This document shows positions 11,293-21,291 of a DNA stretch of 64,000 bases, piece after piece; within the stretch, counting starts at the first letter, position 1; each line of letters begins with the position of its first letter. A program made the position numbers and the translations under genes. Origin of the DNA: Candidatus Dormiibacterota bacterium. Its GTDB lineage: Bacteria > Chloroflexota > Dormibacteria > Aeolococcales > Aeolococcaceae. The stretch lies in assembly GCA_963709585.1 (NCBI GenBank), contig CAVPXI010000014.1, forward strand, positions 288,001-352,000, read 5' to 3'. The notes below the pieces were generated by a model, which saw only the letters and a list, made by a program, of their open reading frames with translations, was not told the origin of the DNA and did not search any database.

Positions 11293-12592
11293 CCGCGCTG
11301 CTCATCAGGGCAACGGCCTCGTCGTCCTCATAGCCACACGGGCTTCCGGACGGCTGGCCCTCAACGCTGATGCGGTCGTAAATCGCGGCGAGGCGATCCA
11401 CCGCGCGGAGCCAGGTGAAGCGACCGGCGCGACGGCGCGCCTCATCGCCCATCTCGGCCTTGCGAGCGGGGTCGTCGAGCACGTCGGCAACGGCGCGGGC
11501 GTAGTCCTCTGGGTCGTGGCCTTCGACGAGAAAGCCGGACACGCCGTCCTCCACGACCTCGCGCAGGCCGCCCACCGAGGCGGCAACGACCGGGGTCCCG
11601 AGCGCCTGTGCCTCGAGAGCCACGAGGCCAAAGCTCTCGGTCAGCGAGGGGACGACGCACACATCCGCCATCGCGTAGTACACGGCGAGCTGGTCGTGCG
11701 GCACGGCGCCCACAAATCGAACATGGTTGCCGAGCCCGATACGCGCCGCGTGGCGCTCAAGGCGGTTTCGTTCGCCGCCGCGTCCATCGTTCGCGCCGTC
11801 GCCGCTGTCGTCGCCCGCGACGACCACGGCAAGGTCCGCGAAATCGCTCCGCGTCCTGAGGATCGCTGCGGCGTCGAGCAGGATCTGCGCGCCCTTCAGT
11901 GGTTCGAGCCTGCCGGCGAACAGCGCCACGCGGGCATCTTCGAGACCCAGCCTTCGCCGCAGCCCGGAGCCGTCGTGCTCGGCGAAGAGGCGCGGGTCGA
12001 CGCCGGGTTGGGCAACGCAGATGCGGTCTCTGGACGCGCGATACAGCCGGATGAGGTCTTTGGCCTCGGCCGCGCTCGCGGCGACGAGGCGGTCAGCCTG
12101 GGCGGCGAGCTCACCCTCGGCCTGAGCGCGGAGCGCATCCAGCGGCAGGCCGGCGCGTGCCTTGGTCAGCGCCAGGGTGTGAAACGACTGCACCCACGCA
12201 ACGTCCCACGCCTCTCGAAGCTGCCGGCCCACCAGGCCGCCGTGCCAGTAATGGCCGTGGATGGCCCGATAGGAGCGACGTTCCGACGCCGCGTGACGGA
12301 TGGTCGCGCCGGTGAAGTCGTCGAGCAGCGCCCGGACAGCCTCCTTGCGGAGTGGCTGCGGCGGCCCCACGGGGAGGCGAACCAGCCTGCTCAGCGGCGC
12401 GATCAACTCCTCGTCGGGGCCGGGTCCGTCGCGACGCACGAACACGTCGGTGGGTACGCCTCGAAGCGAGAGTCCCTCGCACAGCCTGCGGATGGCGAGG
12501 TTCATCCCGCCGTTCTCCCCGCTGCCCAGATCCGACAGCGGCGAGGCGTGCACGGAGATGACGGCGACCGCCCGCGGGCCGGCTTGGAGCAT
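11285..12592 (-). CDS. mshA: GT4 glycosyltransferase, MshA-like (D-inositol-3-phosphate glycosyltransferase)
   Basis: VISVHASPL...[17 protein letters not shown] and [12 protein letters not shown] motifs. Confidence 0.75.
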   Translation of the reverse strand: MLQAGPRAVAVISVHASPLSDLGSGENGGMNLAIRRLCEGLSLRGVPTDVFVRRDGPGPDEELIAPLSRLVRLPVGPPQPLRKEAVRALLDDFTGATIRHAASERRSYRAIHGHYWHGGLVGRQLREAWDVAWVQSFHTLALTKARAGLPLDALRAQAEGELAAQADRLVAASAAEAKDLIRLYRASRDRICVAQPGVDPRLFAEHDGSGLRRRLGLEDARVALFAGRLEPLKGAQILLDAAAILRTRSDFADLAVVVAGDDSGDGANDGRGGERNRLERHAARIGLGNHVRFVGAVPHDQLAVYYAMADVCVVPSLTESFGLVALEAQALGTPVVAASVGGLREVVEDGVSGFLVEGHDPEDYARAVADVLDDPARKAEMGDEARRRAGRFTWLRAVDRLAAIYDRISVEGQPSGSPCGYEDDEAVALMSSAAS

Positions 12593-12664
12593 GGCCTCAA
12601 GTGTACCCACCGGCCCCTTGACGAATCCGCCGGGACCCGGCGCATACTCGACGGCCACATCTGA

Positions 12665-12815
12665 ATAACGCTCCGGGTGACGGGAAGCCGGTGACAATCC
12701 GGCGCTGTCGCGCAACTGTGAGCGGGGAGCCGGCGGCCATCGTGCCACCGGGAGGGCGACCTCCCGGGAAGGCGGCCGTGGTCGGTGTTGATCCGCAAGC
12801 CAGGAGACCGATCCG
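12665..12815 (+). promoter_or_regulatory. Cobalamin (B12) riboswitch
   Basis: GGGAAGCCGGTGACAATCCGGCGCTGTCGCGCAACTGT, GCCACCG...GGGAAGG and the B12 box AAGCCAGGAGACC, upstream of an ECF operon. Confidence 0.93.
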
Positions 12816-12915
12816 AGGCGTCGACCTCCACCCCCGCGCACGACGGGAGGAAACCTCATGCGGCGAGGACAACTCCGGCAAGGGTGGAGTTCCCTTCGCC
12901 GCGTGGGGTGCCGAC

Positions 12916-15152
12916 ATGGGCAGGACCAGGAGGGTCGCCGCACTGGCGACCACTGGAGCGACGGGCGCAGCGCTGCTCGCCTTCGCCATTGGAACCGGCA
13001 GCGCGGCCACGCAGGTCGATCCCCTGTCGAGGACGATCGAATACCTGCAGGGGCAGCAGTCGGGGAGTGACGGATCGATCCCGGTGGGGGCGAGCACGGA
13101 CGCGGTCAGCGAGGAGTACGCGATCGGGGCGGCCGCCGCCGGTTACGACCCCAACGCGCTGCGCCACGGCGCCGGCCCCTCGGTCATGGCCTATCTCGCT
13201 GCCCACGCCGCCTCCGCCTGCGCCGCCGCCGGGGCGTGTGGTGAGCTCCTCCAGGCGGTCGCCGCCGCCGGGCTCAACCCCGCCTCCTTCGGGGGCGTCG
13301 ACCTGCTCACCACCCTCAACGGCTTCTACGCGGCCGGCACCGGCGTCTTCGGCGACGGTGAGGCATTCACGCAGACCCTCGCCATCCAGGGGCTGGTCGC
13401 CGCCCATCAGCCGGTCCCGGCGGCGGCCCTCGGCCATCTCATCACCGCCCAGGACAGCGACGGCGGCTGGGACTTCAAGCTCGTCAAGAACGACACCGGC
13501 TTCGACACCAGCGACACCAACTCCACGGCCATGGTGCTCATGGCCCTGGACGCCGCCGGGATGCACAGCCGGGATGGTTCCGCGCTCGCCTGGCTGCACA
13601 CCCAGCAGGACCTGACGAGCGGCGGCTTCCCCTACCAGGCCGGCTCGGGCACCGACCCCGATTCCACCGCGCTCGTCCTCCAGGCGCTGCTCGCCACCGG
13701 CCAGAACCCGGACGGACCCGCTTGGGCACCCGGCGGCCACGCGCCGCTCGCCGAGCTCATCGCCACCCAGAACAGCGACGGCGGCTTCGCCTTCCCCGGC
13801 AACCCCACCCCCGATCCCTTCACCACCGCTCAGGTCCCGCCGGCGCTGGCGATGCAGCCCTATCCGGCGCAGGTGGTCTTCACCCGGGGTCTCACGCCGG
13901 CAGCGGAAGCGCACGCAGCGACCGCCTCGCTGCTCTACCTGCAGGGGCAGCAGTCGGGGAGTGACGGATCGATCCCGGTGGGGGCGAGCACGGACGCGGT
14001 CAGCGAGGAGTACGCGATCGGGGCGGCCGCCGCCGGTTACGACCCCAACGCGCTGCGCCACGGCGCCGGCCCTCGGTCATGGCCTATCTCGCTGCCCACG
14101 CCGCCTCCGCCTGCGCCGCCGCCGGGGCGTGTGGTGAGCTCCTCCAGGCGGTCGCCGCCGCCGGGCTCAACCCCGCCTCCTTCGGGGGCGTCGACCTGCT
14201 CACCACCCTCAACGGCTTCTACGCGGCCGGCACCGGCGTCTTCGGCGACGGTGAGGCATTCACGCAGACCCTCGCCATCCAGGGGCTGGTCGCCGCCCAT
14301 CAGCCGGTCCCGGCGGCGGCCCTCGGCCATCTCATCACCGCCCAGGACAGCGACGGCGGCTGGGACTTCAAGCTCGTCAAGAACGACACCGGCTTCGACA
14401 CCAGCGACACCAACTCCACGGCCATGGTGCTCATGGCCCTGGACGCCGCCGGGATGCACAGCCGGGATGGTTCCGCGCTCGCCTGGCTGCACACCCAGCA
14501 GGACCTGACGAGCGGCGGCTTCCCCTACCAGGCCGGCTCGGGCACCGACCCCGATTCCACCGCGCTCGTCCTCCAGGCGCTGCTCGCCACCGGCCAGAAC
14601 CCGGACGGACCCGCTTGGGCACCCGGCGGCCACGCGCCGCTCGCCGAGCTCATCGCCACCCAGAACAGCGACGGCGGCTTCGCCTTCCCCGGCAACCCCG
14701 CCCCCGATCCCTTCACCACCGCTCAGGTCCCGCCGGCGCTCGAGCGCGGCGCCTACCCGTTGACCTGCGGGAGCGCCCGCTGTTTCCAGCCGGACGCGAC
14801 GCTGAGCGGGCCGTCGCCGGCGCCAACGCCGAGGCCGACGCCGGCACCCACCCACACGCCCCATCCGGCCGCGACGCCGACGCCGGTCTCCGCTACCGGC
14901 GGGGCACCGTCTCCGGCCCCGACCGGTTCCGTTTTGGGAGCCGCCGCGACGCCGACACCCCAGCCCACGAGCATCACGACCACGGCGCCCGCGCCGCCGA
15001 GCCCGAGCGCGAGCGCACTGCCGCCTCTGGCGACGTCTCCCGCAACCGCGAGCGGTTTTCCGACGGCCGCCATCTACGTGATCGCGGCGCTTGCGGCGGC
15101 TGTCGTGGTGGCCGGCGTCGTCCTCGGCACGCGCCGCCGGCGGGGAGCATGA
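12916..15152 (+). CDS. Secreted, C-terminally anchored prenyltransferase/squalene-oxidase-repeat (alpha6/alpha6 barrel) protein with a duplicated domain; 1-nt deletion near 14070
   Basis: Signal peptide; repeated Q.SDGGW/F and D..STA.V.QAL motifs; Pro/Thr linker; TM helix followed by an RRRR tail. Confidence 0.8.
13042..14740 (+). repeat. Direct repeat of ~806 bp (13042-13847 and 13936-14740)
   Basis: By eye the copies are identical except for a 1-nt deletion (~14070) and one A/G change (PTP versus PAP). Confidence 0.93.
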
Positions 15153-15159
15153 GCCTCGA

Positions 15160-15960
15160 GTGATCCGTCGCCTGCTTCGCTTCGCGCTCGCCCTGCCCGT
15201 GATGGCGGTCGGTCTCGGTGCCGCGTCGAGCGCCGCCAGCGTGGGACCGGCGGCGCCGCTCTGCGCCCAGGCGGCGGTCGCGCACCGCGCGGGTGTGGTC
15301 GTCGAGCACGGAGATGGGCGCGTGATCCGGCGCTGCGTGGGCTTCAGCACCGCCACGGCCACGGCGCTCGCGGTGCTGCAGGGAAGCGGGCTCGAGGTGG
15401 GAATCTCGTCGTATGGCGGAGGGCTCGGTGCGGCCATCTGCCAGATCGACGACGAGCCCTCGACCTACCCGCCAGGCTGCTTCACGTCCACCGGCTCGTA
15501 CTGGGTGCTCTTCGTGTCCCGCGCCGGCGGCGCATGGACCGTCTCCGATCTCGGCGCCTCGAACGTCGCGGTCGGCAATGGCGACGACATCGGCTTCCGC
15601 TACAACTCGCAAAACGGTGCCGACCCGCCGCCGCCATCGCCGGCCGGGACCTGCCCCGTGGTCACGCAGCCACCCGCGCGAACACCGACGCCCGCGGCCA
15701 GAGCGACTCCTCCGCCACGAGCCACGCTCTCGCAGTCCGCCACGTCAACAGCGCACCCGGCAACACCACCGGCACCCACGACACCGACGGCCGGGGTGCT
15801 CGGTGTTGCGACTCCCGGCGCGACGCCGATAGCGGTGGGATCGCTCAGATCGGCGAGCGCCCCGCCTGGCGTCAACGTCGGGGTGCTGCTCGCAGTAGTC
15901 GGGGCGGGAGGGCTGCTCGGGCTGCTCGGCGCTCGAGTTCTGCGACGGCGCCGCGAGTGA
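15160..15960 (+). CDS. Secreted, membrane-anchored DUF4430/SCO2322-like protein
   Basis: Signal peptide; AICQID..P..C...YW motif; Pro-rich linker; C-terminal TM helix followed by RRRR. Confidence 0.7.
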   Translation: MIRRLLRFALALPVMAVGLGAASSAASVGPAAPLCAQAAVAHRAGVVVEHGDGRVIRRCVGFSTATATALAVLQGSGLEVGISSYGGGLGAAICQIDDEPSTYPPGCFTSTGSYWVLFVSRAGGAWTVSDLGASNVAVGNGDDIGFRYNSQNGADPPPPSPAGTCPVVTQPPARTPTPAARATPPPRATLSQSATSTAHPATPPAPTTPTAGVLGVATPGATPIAVGSLRSASAPPGVNVGVLLAVVGAGGLLGLLGARVLRRRRE

Positions 15961-16781
15961 ACCCTCGCGCGCTCGCCGCCTGGTCGGTCGCGGGCATCAC
16001 GATCGCGCTCGCATCGGGCAACCCCGTGTACCGCGTGCTGGTGCTGCTCTGCGCGCTCAACGTCCTGGTCGCCTTGCGCCGGCCGGATGTCTCGCTCCGC
16101 GGCATGGCGATCGCGCTTTCAGTCGCGGCGCTCATCGCCATCGTCATCACCACGCTCGCGAGCCACACCGGTGATCACGCGTTCCTGGTGCTGCCCGCCG
16201 GAATCCCGGTGTTCGGCGGCTCGTTGACGATCGAGGCGGCGCTGTTCGGCGCGTCGATCGGCCTGGGGATCGCCGCAGCCGTGGTGGCGGCGGCGCCGCT
16301 CTCGCTCGTGTTGATGCCGAATTCGCTGGTTGACGCCCTCCCGAGCGCGCTCGCGCGGACCGGGGCAGCGATCGGCACGGCGCTCAACCTGATCCCCGCA
16401 ATCGCGCGGAGCGCCACCGAGATTCGCGACGCGCAACGCATGCGTGGGTGGCGTCCCCGCCGCGTTCGGGAATGGCCGGACCTGGCGGTGCCGGTCGTGC
16501 TCACCGCGCTCGAGAGCTCGATCACACTCGCCGAGGCGATGGAGGCGCGCGGCTACGGGTCGGGGGCGCGAACCCATTACACCGACGTCGTGTGGCGCGG
16601 GGCCGATGTTGCGGTGGGCGTGGTCGCCGCGCTGGCCGCGGTCGCCTTTGTGCTGCTCCGCGTCGCCGGTGTCATCGGCGACTGGTACCCGTTTCCCGCC
16701 CTATCGGTGCCGCCGGTCAACGTCATCGGCGTGGCGTGCTGTCTTGCCCTGGCGATGCCGGCGCTGGTGTGGCGGCGATGA
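15957..16781 (+). CDS. ecfT: ECF transporter transmembrane T component
   Basis: AQRMRG and AEAMEARGYG motifs. Confidence 0.88.
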   Translation: MNPRALAAWSVAGITIALASGNPVYRVLVLLCALNVLVALRRPDVSLRGMAIALSVAALIAIVITTLASHTGDHAFLVLPAGIPVFGGSLTIEAALFGASIGLGIAAAVVAAAPLSLVLMPNSLVDALPSALARTGAAIGTALNLIPAIARSATEIRDAQRMRGWRPRRVREWPDLAVPVVLTALESSITLAEAMEARGYGSGARTHYTDVVWRGADVAVGVVAALAAVAFVLLRVAGVIGDWYPFPALSVPPVNVIGVACCLALAMPALVWRR

Positions 16782-18145
16782 CGCGGCCGTCGGTCGCAGC
16801 GCTGTCGGGCTTCACGTATCGCTATCCCGCGGGCCAGACCGACGCACTCGACATCGCCGAACTGCGCGTCCACGAAGGCCTGACCGTGATCACGGGCGCG
16901 TCGGGCTCCGGGAAGTCGTCGCTCCTTCGGGTGTTCAACGGGCTGGTGCCGCATTTCCACGGCGGCACCGTCGGTGGGAGCGCCGTGGTGCGCGGCCGCG
17001 ATGTCATCACCACCCCGACCCGCGTGCTCGCGACCGAGGTCGGCTTCGTGTTCCAGGATCCCGAGCTGCAGTCGGTGTACCCGACGGTTGAACGCGACGT
17101 CGCGTTCGGGCTCGAGAACACCGCCACGCCGCCGGCAGCGATGCCGTCACGGGTCGCCGAGGCGCTGGAGCAGACCGGCATCGCGCACCTGCGCGGCCGT
17201 GCGGTCGCCACGCTCTCCGGCGGCGAGCGTCAGCGCCTCGCCCTCGCCGGCGTCCTCGCCATGCGTCCTCGGGTGCTCGTGCTCGACGAGCCGCTCTCCC
17301 AGCTCGACGAGGATGGCGCGCGATCGCTGGTGGCCATCCTCGCAGCGCTCGCCCGATCGGGCACCGCGGTGGTGGTCGCCGAGCATCGCCTCGACCAGCT
17401 CGGTCTGCTCGATGGACGCCGGCTCGCGGTGCAACGCGGGCGCGTCGCCGACGCGGCGACAGGAGGCCAGGGCCGGATCGCCGAGATGCCCACATTCCCC
17501 CCAGCCGCGCAGCCGGCACCTTCCCGGGTCGCCTGGCAGCTCAGTGGCGTCACGACCGGACCGGCGGGCATCCCCATTCTCGAGCCGGTCTGCCTGCAAG
17601 GCCGCGCGGGCGAGGTCGTCGCACTCGTCGGCCCCAACGGTGGTGGCAAGACGACGCTGCTGCGCACCATCGCCGGGCTGCTCGCACCCCTCTCCGGGCA
17701 GGTGCATCGCGAGCCCGGGAGGGTTGCGTTCCTGCCGCAGAATCCGATGGCCCTCCTCCACCGCGCGACCGTCGCCGCCGAGGTGGCGTGGACGGTGCGC
17801 GGCGATCCACGGAGCGATGACGCTCACACGATCATTGCCGACCTCGGTCTCGCCGACCTGGCCGAGCGAGATCCACGCGATTTGAGCACGGGCGAGCGTC
17901 AGCGAGCGGCCATCGCCGCGGTCCTCGCCGGTGAACCGCGCATCGCACTCCTCGATGAACCGACTCGCGGCATGGACGACGCGGCACGCGACGCACTCTG
18001 CCGTGCCATCGGCCGCCTGCGCGCGGCGGGCAGCTCCGTCGTTATTGCCACTCACGACAAGAACCTGGCTGCTGCGCTGGCGGATCGGACGCTTGCCGTG
18101 GGTGCCGGGCTGGTGCGGGAGCTCACTCCGGTGGCGGTGGCGTGA
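16778..18145 (+). CDS. ECF transporter duplicated ATPase
   Basis: Two Walker A motifs (GASGSGKS, GPNGGGKT), plus FQDPE, LSGGE and LDEP. Confidence 0.9.
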   Translation: MTRPSVAALSGFTYRYPAGQTDALDIAELRVHEGLTVITGASGSGKSSLLRVFNGLVPHFHGGTVGGSAVVRGRDVITTPTRVLATEVGFVFQDPELQSVYPTVERDVAFGLENTATPPAAMPSRVAEALEQTGIAHLRGRAVATLSGGERQRLALAGVLAMRPRVLVLDEPLSQLDEDGARSLVAILAALARSGTAVVVAEHRLDQLGLLDGRRLAVQRGRVADAATGGQGRIAEMPTFPPAAQPAPSRVAWQLSGVTTGPAGIPILEPVCLQGRAGEVVALVGPNGGGKTTLLRTIAGLLAPLSGQVHREPGRVAFLPQNPMALLHRATVAAEVAWTVRGDPRSDDAHTIIADLGLADLAERDPRDLSTGERQRAAIAAVLAGEPRIALLDEPTRGMDDAARDALCRAIGRLRAAGSSVVIATHDKNLAAALADRTLAVGAGLVRELTPVAVA

Positions 18146-18921
18146 GAGTCGGCGCGATCTCGATCGCGGGGCTGGCACTGTTTCTGTGGCCCTTCGTGGC
18201 TGCGGACACGCCGCCGGCGGCCACATCCCTGGTCCTCAGCCTCGGCGTCGTCGCCGTGCTGATCTTCGTCGAGGCATCGACGCGACGGCTGGATGCACGG
18301 CGGTTTGCCCTGCTGGCGGCGATCGCCGCGGTCGACGCCGGACTGCGACTCGTGCTCGTCACCGGGTTGGGCGGATTCAGCCCGATCTTCTTTCTGATTC
18401 TCGCCGCCGGCTACGTGTACGGACCGTCCTACGGGTTCCTCGCCGGGTCGGTGGCGCTGCTCGCGTCGGCGGTTGCGACCGGCGGGATCGGATCGTGGCT
18501 TCCCTACGAGATGGTGGGGTGCGGTTTCGTGGGGCTGGTTGCGGGCCTGGCGGGCCTGCGCCGTTCCGGGCCCGTGACCTGGCGGGACATCGTGATCCTG
18601 GCGATCGTCGGAGCGATCACCGGCTTCGCCTATGGCGCCCTCCTCGATGTCTGGGACTGGACCACCTTCTACCGGGGAGCGCCGGGCTTCGGATGGCAGC
18701 CGGGGCTCTCGCTGACCACAGCGCTCGCTCGGTTCGGTCGTTTCTACGTGGCGACGTCTCTGGTGTACGACAGCTTCCGGGCTGCGGGCAATGCACTCGC
18801 GGTGATCTTCCTGGGTGCGCCGGTGCTCGCCGGGTTGCTGCGCATGCGGTCGCGTTTCAGCGTGACCGTCCTGGACAGCTCGGCCCACGCTTCGGTGCCA
18901 TCGCCATTCAGCCCGAGCTGA
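18142..18921 (+). CDS. ECF transporter S component (putative cobalamin-specific)
   Basis: Hydrophobic; PIFFLIL.AG...GP..GF and GIG.WLP motifs; operon context. Confidence 0.85.
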   Translation: MRVGAISIAGLALFLWPFVAADTPPAATSLVLSLGVVAVLIFVEASTRRLDARRFALLAAIAAVDAGLRLVLVTGLGGFSPIFFLILAAGYVYGPSYGFLAGSVALLASAVATGGIGSWLPYEMVGCGFVGLVAGLAGLRRSGPVTWRDIVILAIVGAITGFAYGALLDVWDWTTFYRGAPGFGWQPGLSLTTALARFGRFYVATSLVYDSFRAAGNALAVIFLGAPVLAGLLRMRSRFSVTVLDSSAHASVPSPFSPS

Positions 18922-19282
18922 GCGCTAGCACCGCGAAGACGACCGCGACGATGGCGCCGATCAACAGCGGCAGCTTCGACAGCGGCCACGGCATTCGCCG
19001 GCCGACCGCGAAGGTCACACCGAGCGTGACCGCCATCCCAGCTCCGTAGAGATAGTGCTGGGGTGCGTGCGTGGGACGGTGGCCCATGAGATACAGGGCT
19101 CCACCCAGGACCACCTGAACGGCGACCGCCAGCAGCAGCAGCCGCAGGTAGATCTTGAGAACGATTCCCACGAGCGGCGTCACCAGCGAGATCAGCGCCA
19201 CGAGCGCGCCGAGCACCGCTGCAACCACGAGGATGAATCCAAGCTTCTGATGCAGGGTCACCCAATCGATCGAGGCGATCAT
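18908..19282 (-). CDS. Small 4-TM membrane protein
   Basis: Hydrophobic ORF containing HYLYG; start overlaps the upstream stop. Confidence 0.7.
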   Translation of the reverse strand: MIASIDWVTLHQKLGFILVVAAVLGALVALISLVTPLVGIVLKIYLRLLLLAVAVQVVLGGALYLMGHRPTHAPQHYLYGAGMAVTLGVTFAVGRRMPWPLSKLPLLIGAIVAVVFAVLALSSG

Positions 19283-20034
19283 CAATCCGGCCAGTACTGC
19301 TCTTCGCGAATCGCCTTGTTGTCGAAGCCGGCGCGACGCATGATCGCCCGAGCGCCGCTGATCATCCCGGGGTGACCGCACAGGAAGACCCCGCCGTTGC
19401 CCGGGCGCATTCCCGCGGCGTCAGCGTACTTGCGCATGACGTCCTCGACCCGCCCCCACTCGCCGTGCCATTCGGGGTCCTCCCACGGCCGGCTCACCGT
19501 CGGCACGTAGGTGAGCCAGTCGAACTCCCGCTCCAGGGCCACGAGCTCGTCGGCGTACCCGAGCTCGACGGAGCGCGCGGCGCCCTGGATGGTGACGACC
19601 GGTACCGGGGTCCAGTCGCCGGCTCTCGCCCGCGATGCGAGCGTGCGCAACAGGCTGACGAACGGCGCGATCCCGGTCACGGTGGCGACGAACAGGTGCG
19701 GCTGGTCCAGCAGCGGTGCCTCGCGAAGGAAGAGTCCCTTGGTACGCCTGCGCACGATCAGGTCGCCGCCGACGCCGAGGGCGAACAGCGGATCGGAGAG
19801 CTCGCCGTCCGGGACCCGCTCGATGAACAGCTCGATCTCGTCCTCGAGGGGCGACGAGCAGATCGAATACGGGCGCTCGATCACCCTGCCGTTCGACTGC
19901 AGCCCGAGGGTCACGTACTGGCCGGGGCGGTACGGAAGCTCCGTGTCGGGACGTATCCGGATGATCCAGAGGTCCGGAGCGGGGTCGCGACGTGACACGA
20001 CTGTCGCGGACGTGTATTTTTCCGGATCCATCAT
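19282..20034 (-). CDS. Ferredoxin--NADP+ reductase family protein
   Basis: RPYSICS, ATVTGIAPF, LCGHPGM and a C-terminal EQYW. Confidence 0.88.
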   Translation of the reverse strand: MMDPEKYTSATVVSRRDPAPDLWIIRIRPDTELPYRPGQYVTLGLQSNGRVIERPYSICSSPLEDEIELFIERVPDGELSDPLFALGVGGDLIVRRRTKGLFLREAPLLDQPHLFVATVTGIAPFVSLLRTLASRARAGDWTPVPVVTIQGAARSVELGYADELVALEREFDWLTYVPTVSRPWEDPEWHGEWGRVEDVMRKYADAAGMRPGNGGVFLCGHPGMISGARAIMRRAGFDNKAIREEQYWPD

Positions 20035-20106
20035 GAGCGCGCTGAGAGTGTAGGGGGAAGTACGCGGCGCGCCTCTTCTCCCCGAAGGGTGGAGACTGTT
20101 CGTCCA

Positions 20107-20814
20107 ATGTACGGTCCACTCGCTCTCGTCGGCGGCGACGAGTTCCACCCCGGCAACGAGCACCAGGACGAGATTCTTCGCGATGCGTGTGCCGGACGAC
20201 CGGCCTTCGTGGTCGCGACCGCGGCGCAGGACTTCGCGTCGGGAGCCGTCGACGCAGCCCGGCGCTGGTTCGCGGGCCTGGGCCTCGACGTGCACGAGCT
20301 GCGCATCCGGACCAAGGACGACGCCAGCTCGCCCGAGGTCGTGGCGGAGGCCGCCGGAGCGGGGCTCGTCTACATCGCCGGTGGCGATCCCGGGTGGGTC
20401 GTCGAGGTGCTCCGTGCGAGCCCTGTCTGGAAAGCGATCGCCGCGGCATGGCGAGCCGGTGCGGCGCTCGCCGGGTCGTCCGCCGGCGCGATGGCGCTGT
20501 GCCAGTGGTGCCTCGTCCAGACGAGTTGGCCCGGCGAGATCCACGAGCGCTCGGTCGATGCCCTGGGCCTCGTCCCGGGCTGCGCGATCCTCCCCCACTT
20601 CGACGTCCTCGGCGACGCGTGGATTCCGTGGGCACAGGAGGGCCTCGCCCAGGAGGCGCAGGTCATCGGCATCGACGAGCGCACCGCCGCCGTGCTCCGC
20701 GAAGGCAGGTGGGAGGTGTTCGGCCCGGGCGCGGTGACAATCCTGCAGGGGCAGGTGCGCCACCGCCACATCGAAGGCGAGCGCATCGAGCAGATGTCCA
20801 ATCCGGAACCCTAA
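20107..20814 (+). CDS. Peptidase S51 / cyanophycinase-like protein
   Basis: LVGG, IAGGD, GSSAGAM, PHFD and GIDERT motifs. Confidence 0.82.
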   Translation: MYGPLALVGGDEFHPGNEHQDEILRDACAGRPAFVVATAAQDFASGAVDAARRWFAGLGLDVHELRIRTKDDASSPEVVAEAAGAGLVYIAGGDPGWVVEVLRASPVWKAIAAAWRAGAALAGSSAGAMALCQWCLVQTSWPGEIHERSVDALGLVPGCAILPHFDVLGDAWIPWAQEGLAQEAQVIGIDERTAAVLREGRWEVFGPGAVTILQGQVRHRHIEGERIEQMSNPEP

Positions 20815-20915
20815 GGCCGCGCAGTCCGTAATCCGAACGTAACCCTGGTCCGTTTACTTGTATGACAGCGTGGATAACCTGATCAGCGAAGGCATCACGT
20901 GAGACAACGAGCGAC

Positions 20916-21254
20916 ATGAGCTTCCAAGGCGCAATCACTGACATGGACGCGGCGAAAGCGCGCGCCGAAGATGCGAAAGCCCGCCGCAGGCTGCGTATCC
21001 AGCATATTCGCCGGCTCGAACGCGTACTCGACACTGTCGAGAACCACAACCTGCAGCGTGATCGCCAGGTGCCGCCGGACATGTGGCGGCAGCTCGCAGA
21101 GCTCGAGGTCGTCCTGCCCGTCCCCGCACCCGCGGCGCTCTGGCAGGCACGCAACACCGCCCGGCTCCATGACGCGCTGCTCGATTGGGAAGCCGACCTC
21201 CTCGACGAGGTCGCACCGCACCGCGTCGCGTACGACGACACCCACGACGACTGA
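20916..21254 (+). CDS. Hypothetical protein
   Basis: Compact 112-aa ORF with host-like codon use filling an intergenic gap. Confidence 0.6.
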   Translation: MSFQGAITDMDAAKARAEDAKARRRLRIQHIRRLERVLDTVENHNLQRDRQVPPDMWRQLAELEVVLPVPAPAALWQARNTARLHDALLDWEADLLDEVAPHRVAYDDTHDD

Positions 21255-21291
21255 GCTCACCGTCTGACGCTCGTCTGGCACACTCAGCGGC

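Noticed and set aside
14810-15050. Short Pro/Thr-coding quasi-repeats
   Set aside because: Ordinary low-complexity stalk of a surface protein.
20869-20877. DnaA-box-like CGTGGATAA
   Set aside because: Single imperfect box with no cluster or origin context.
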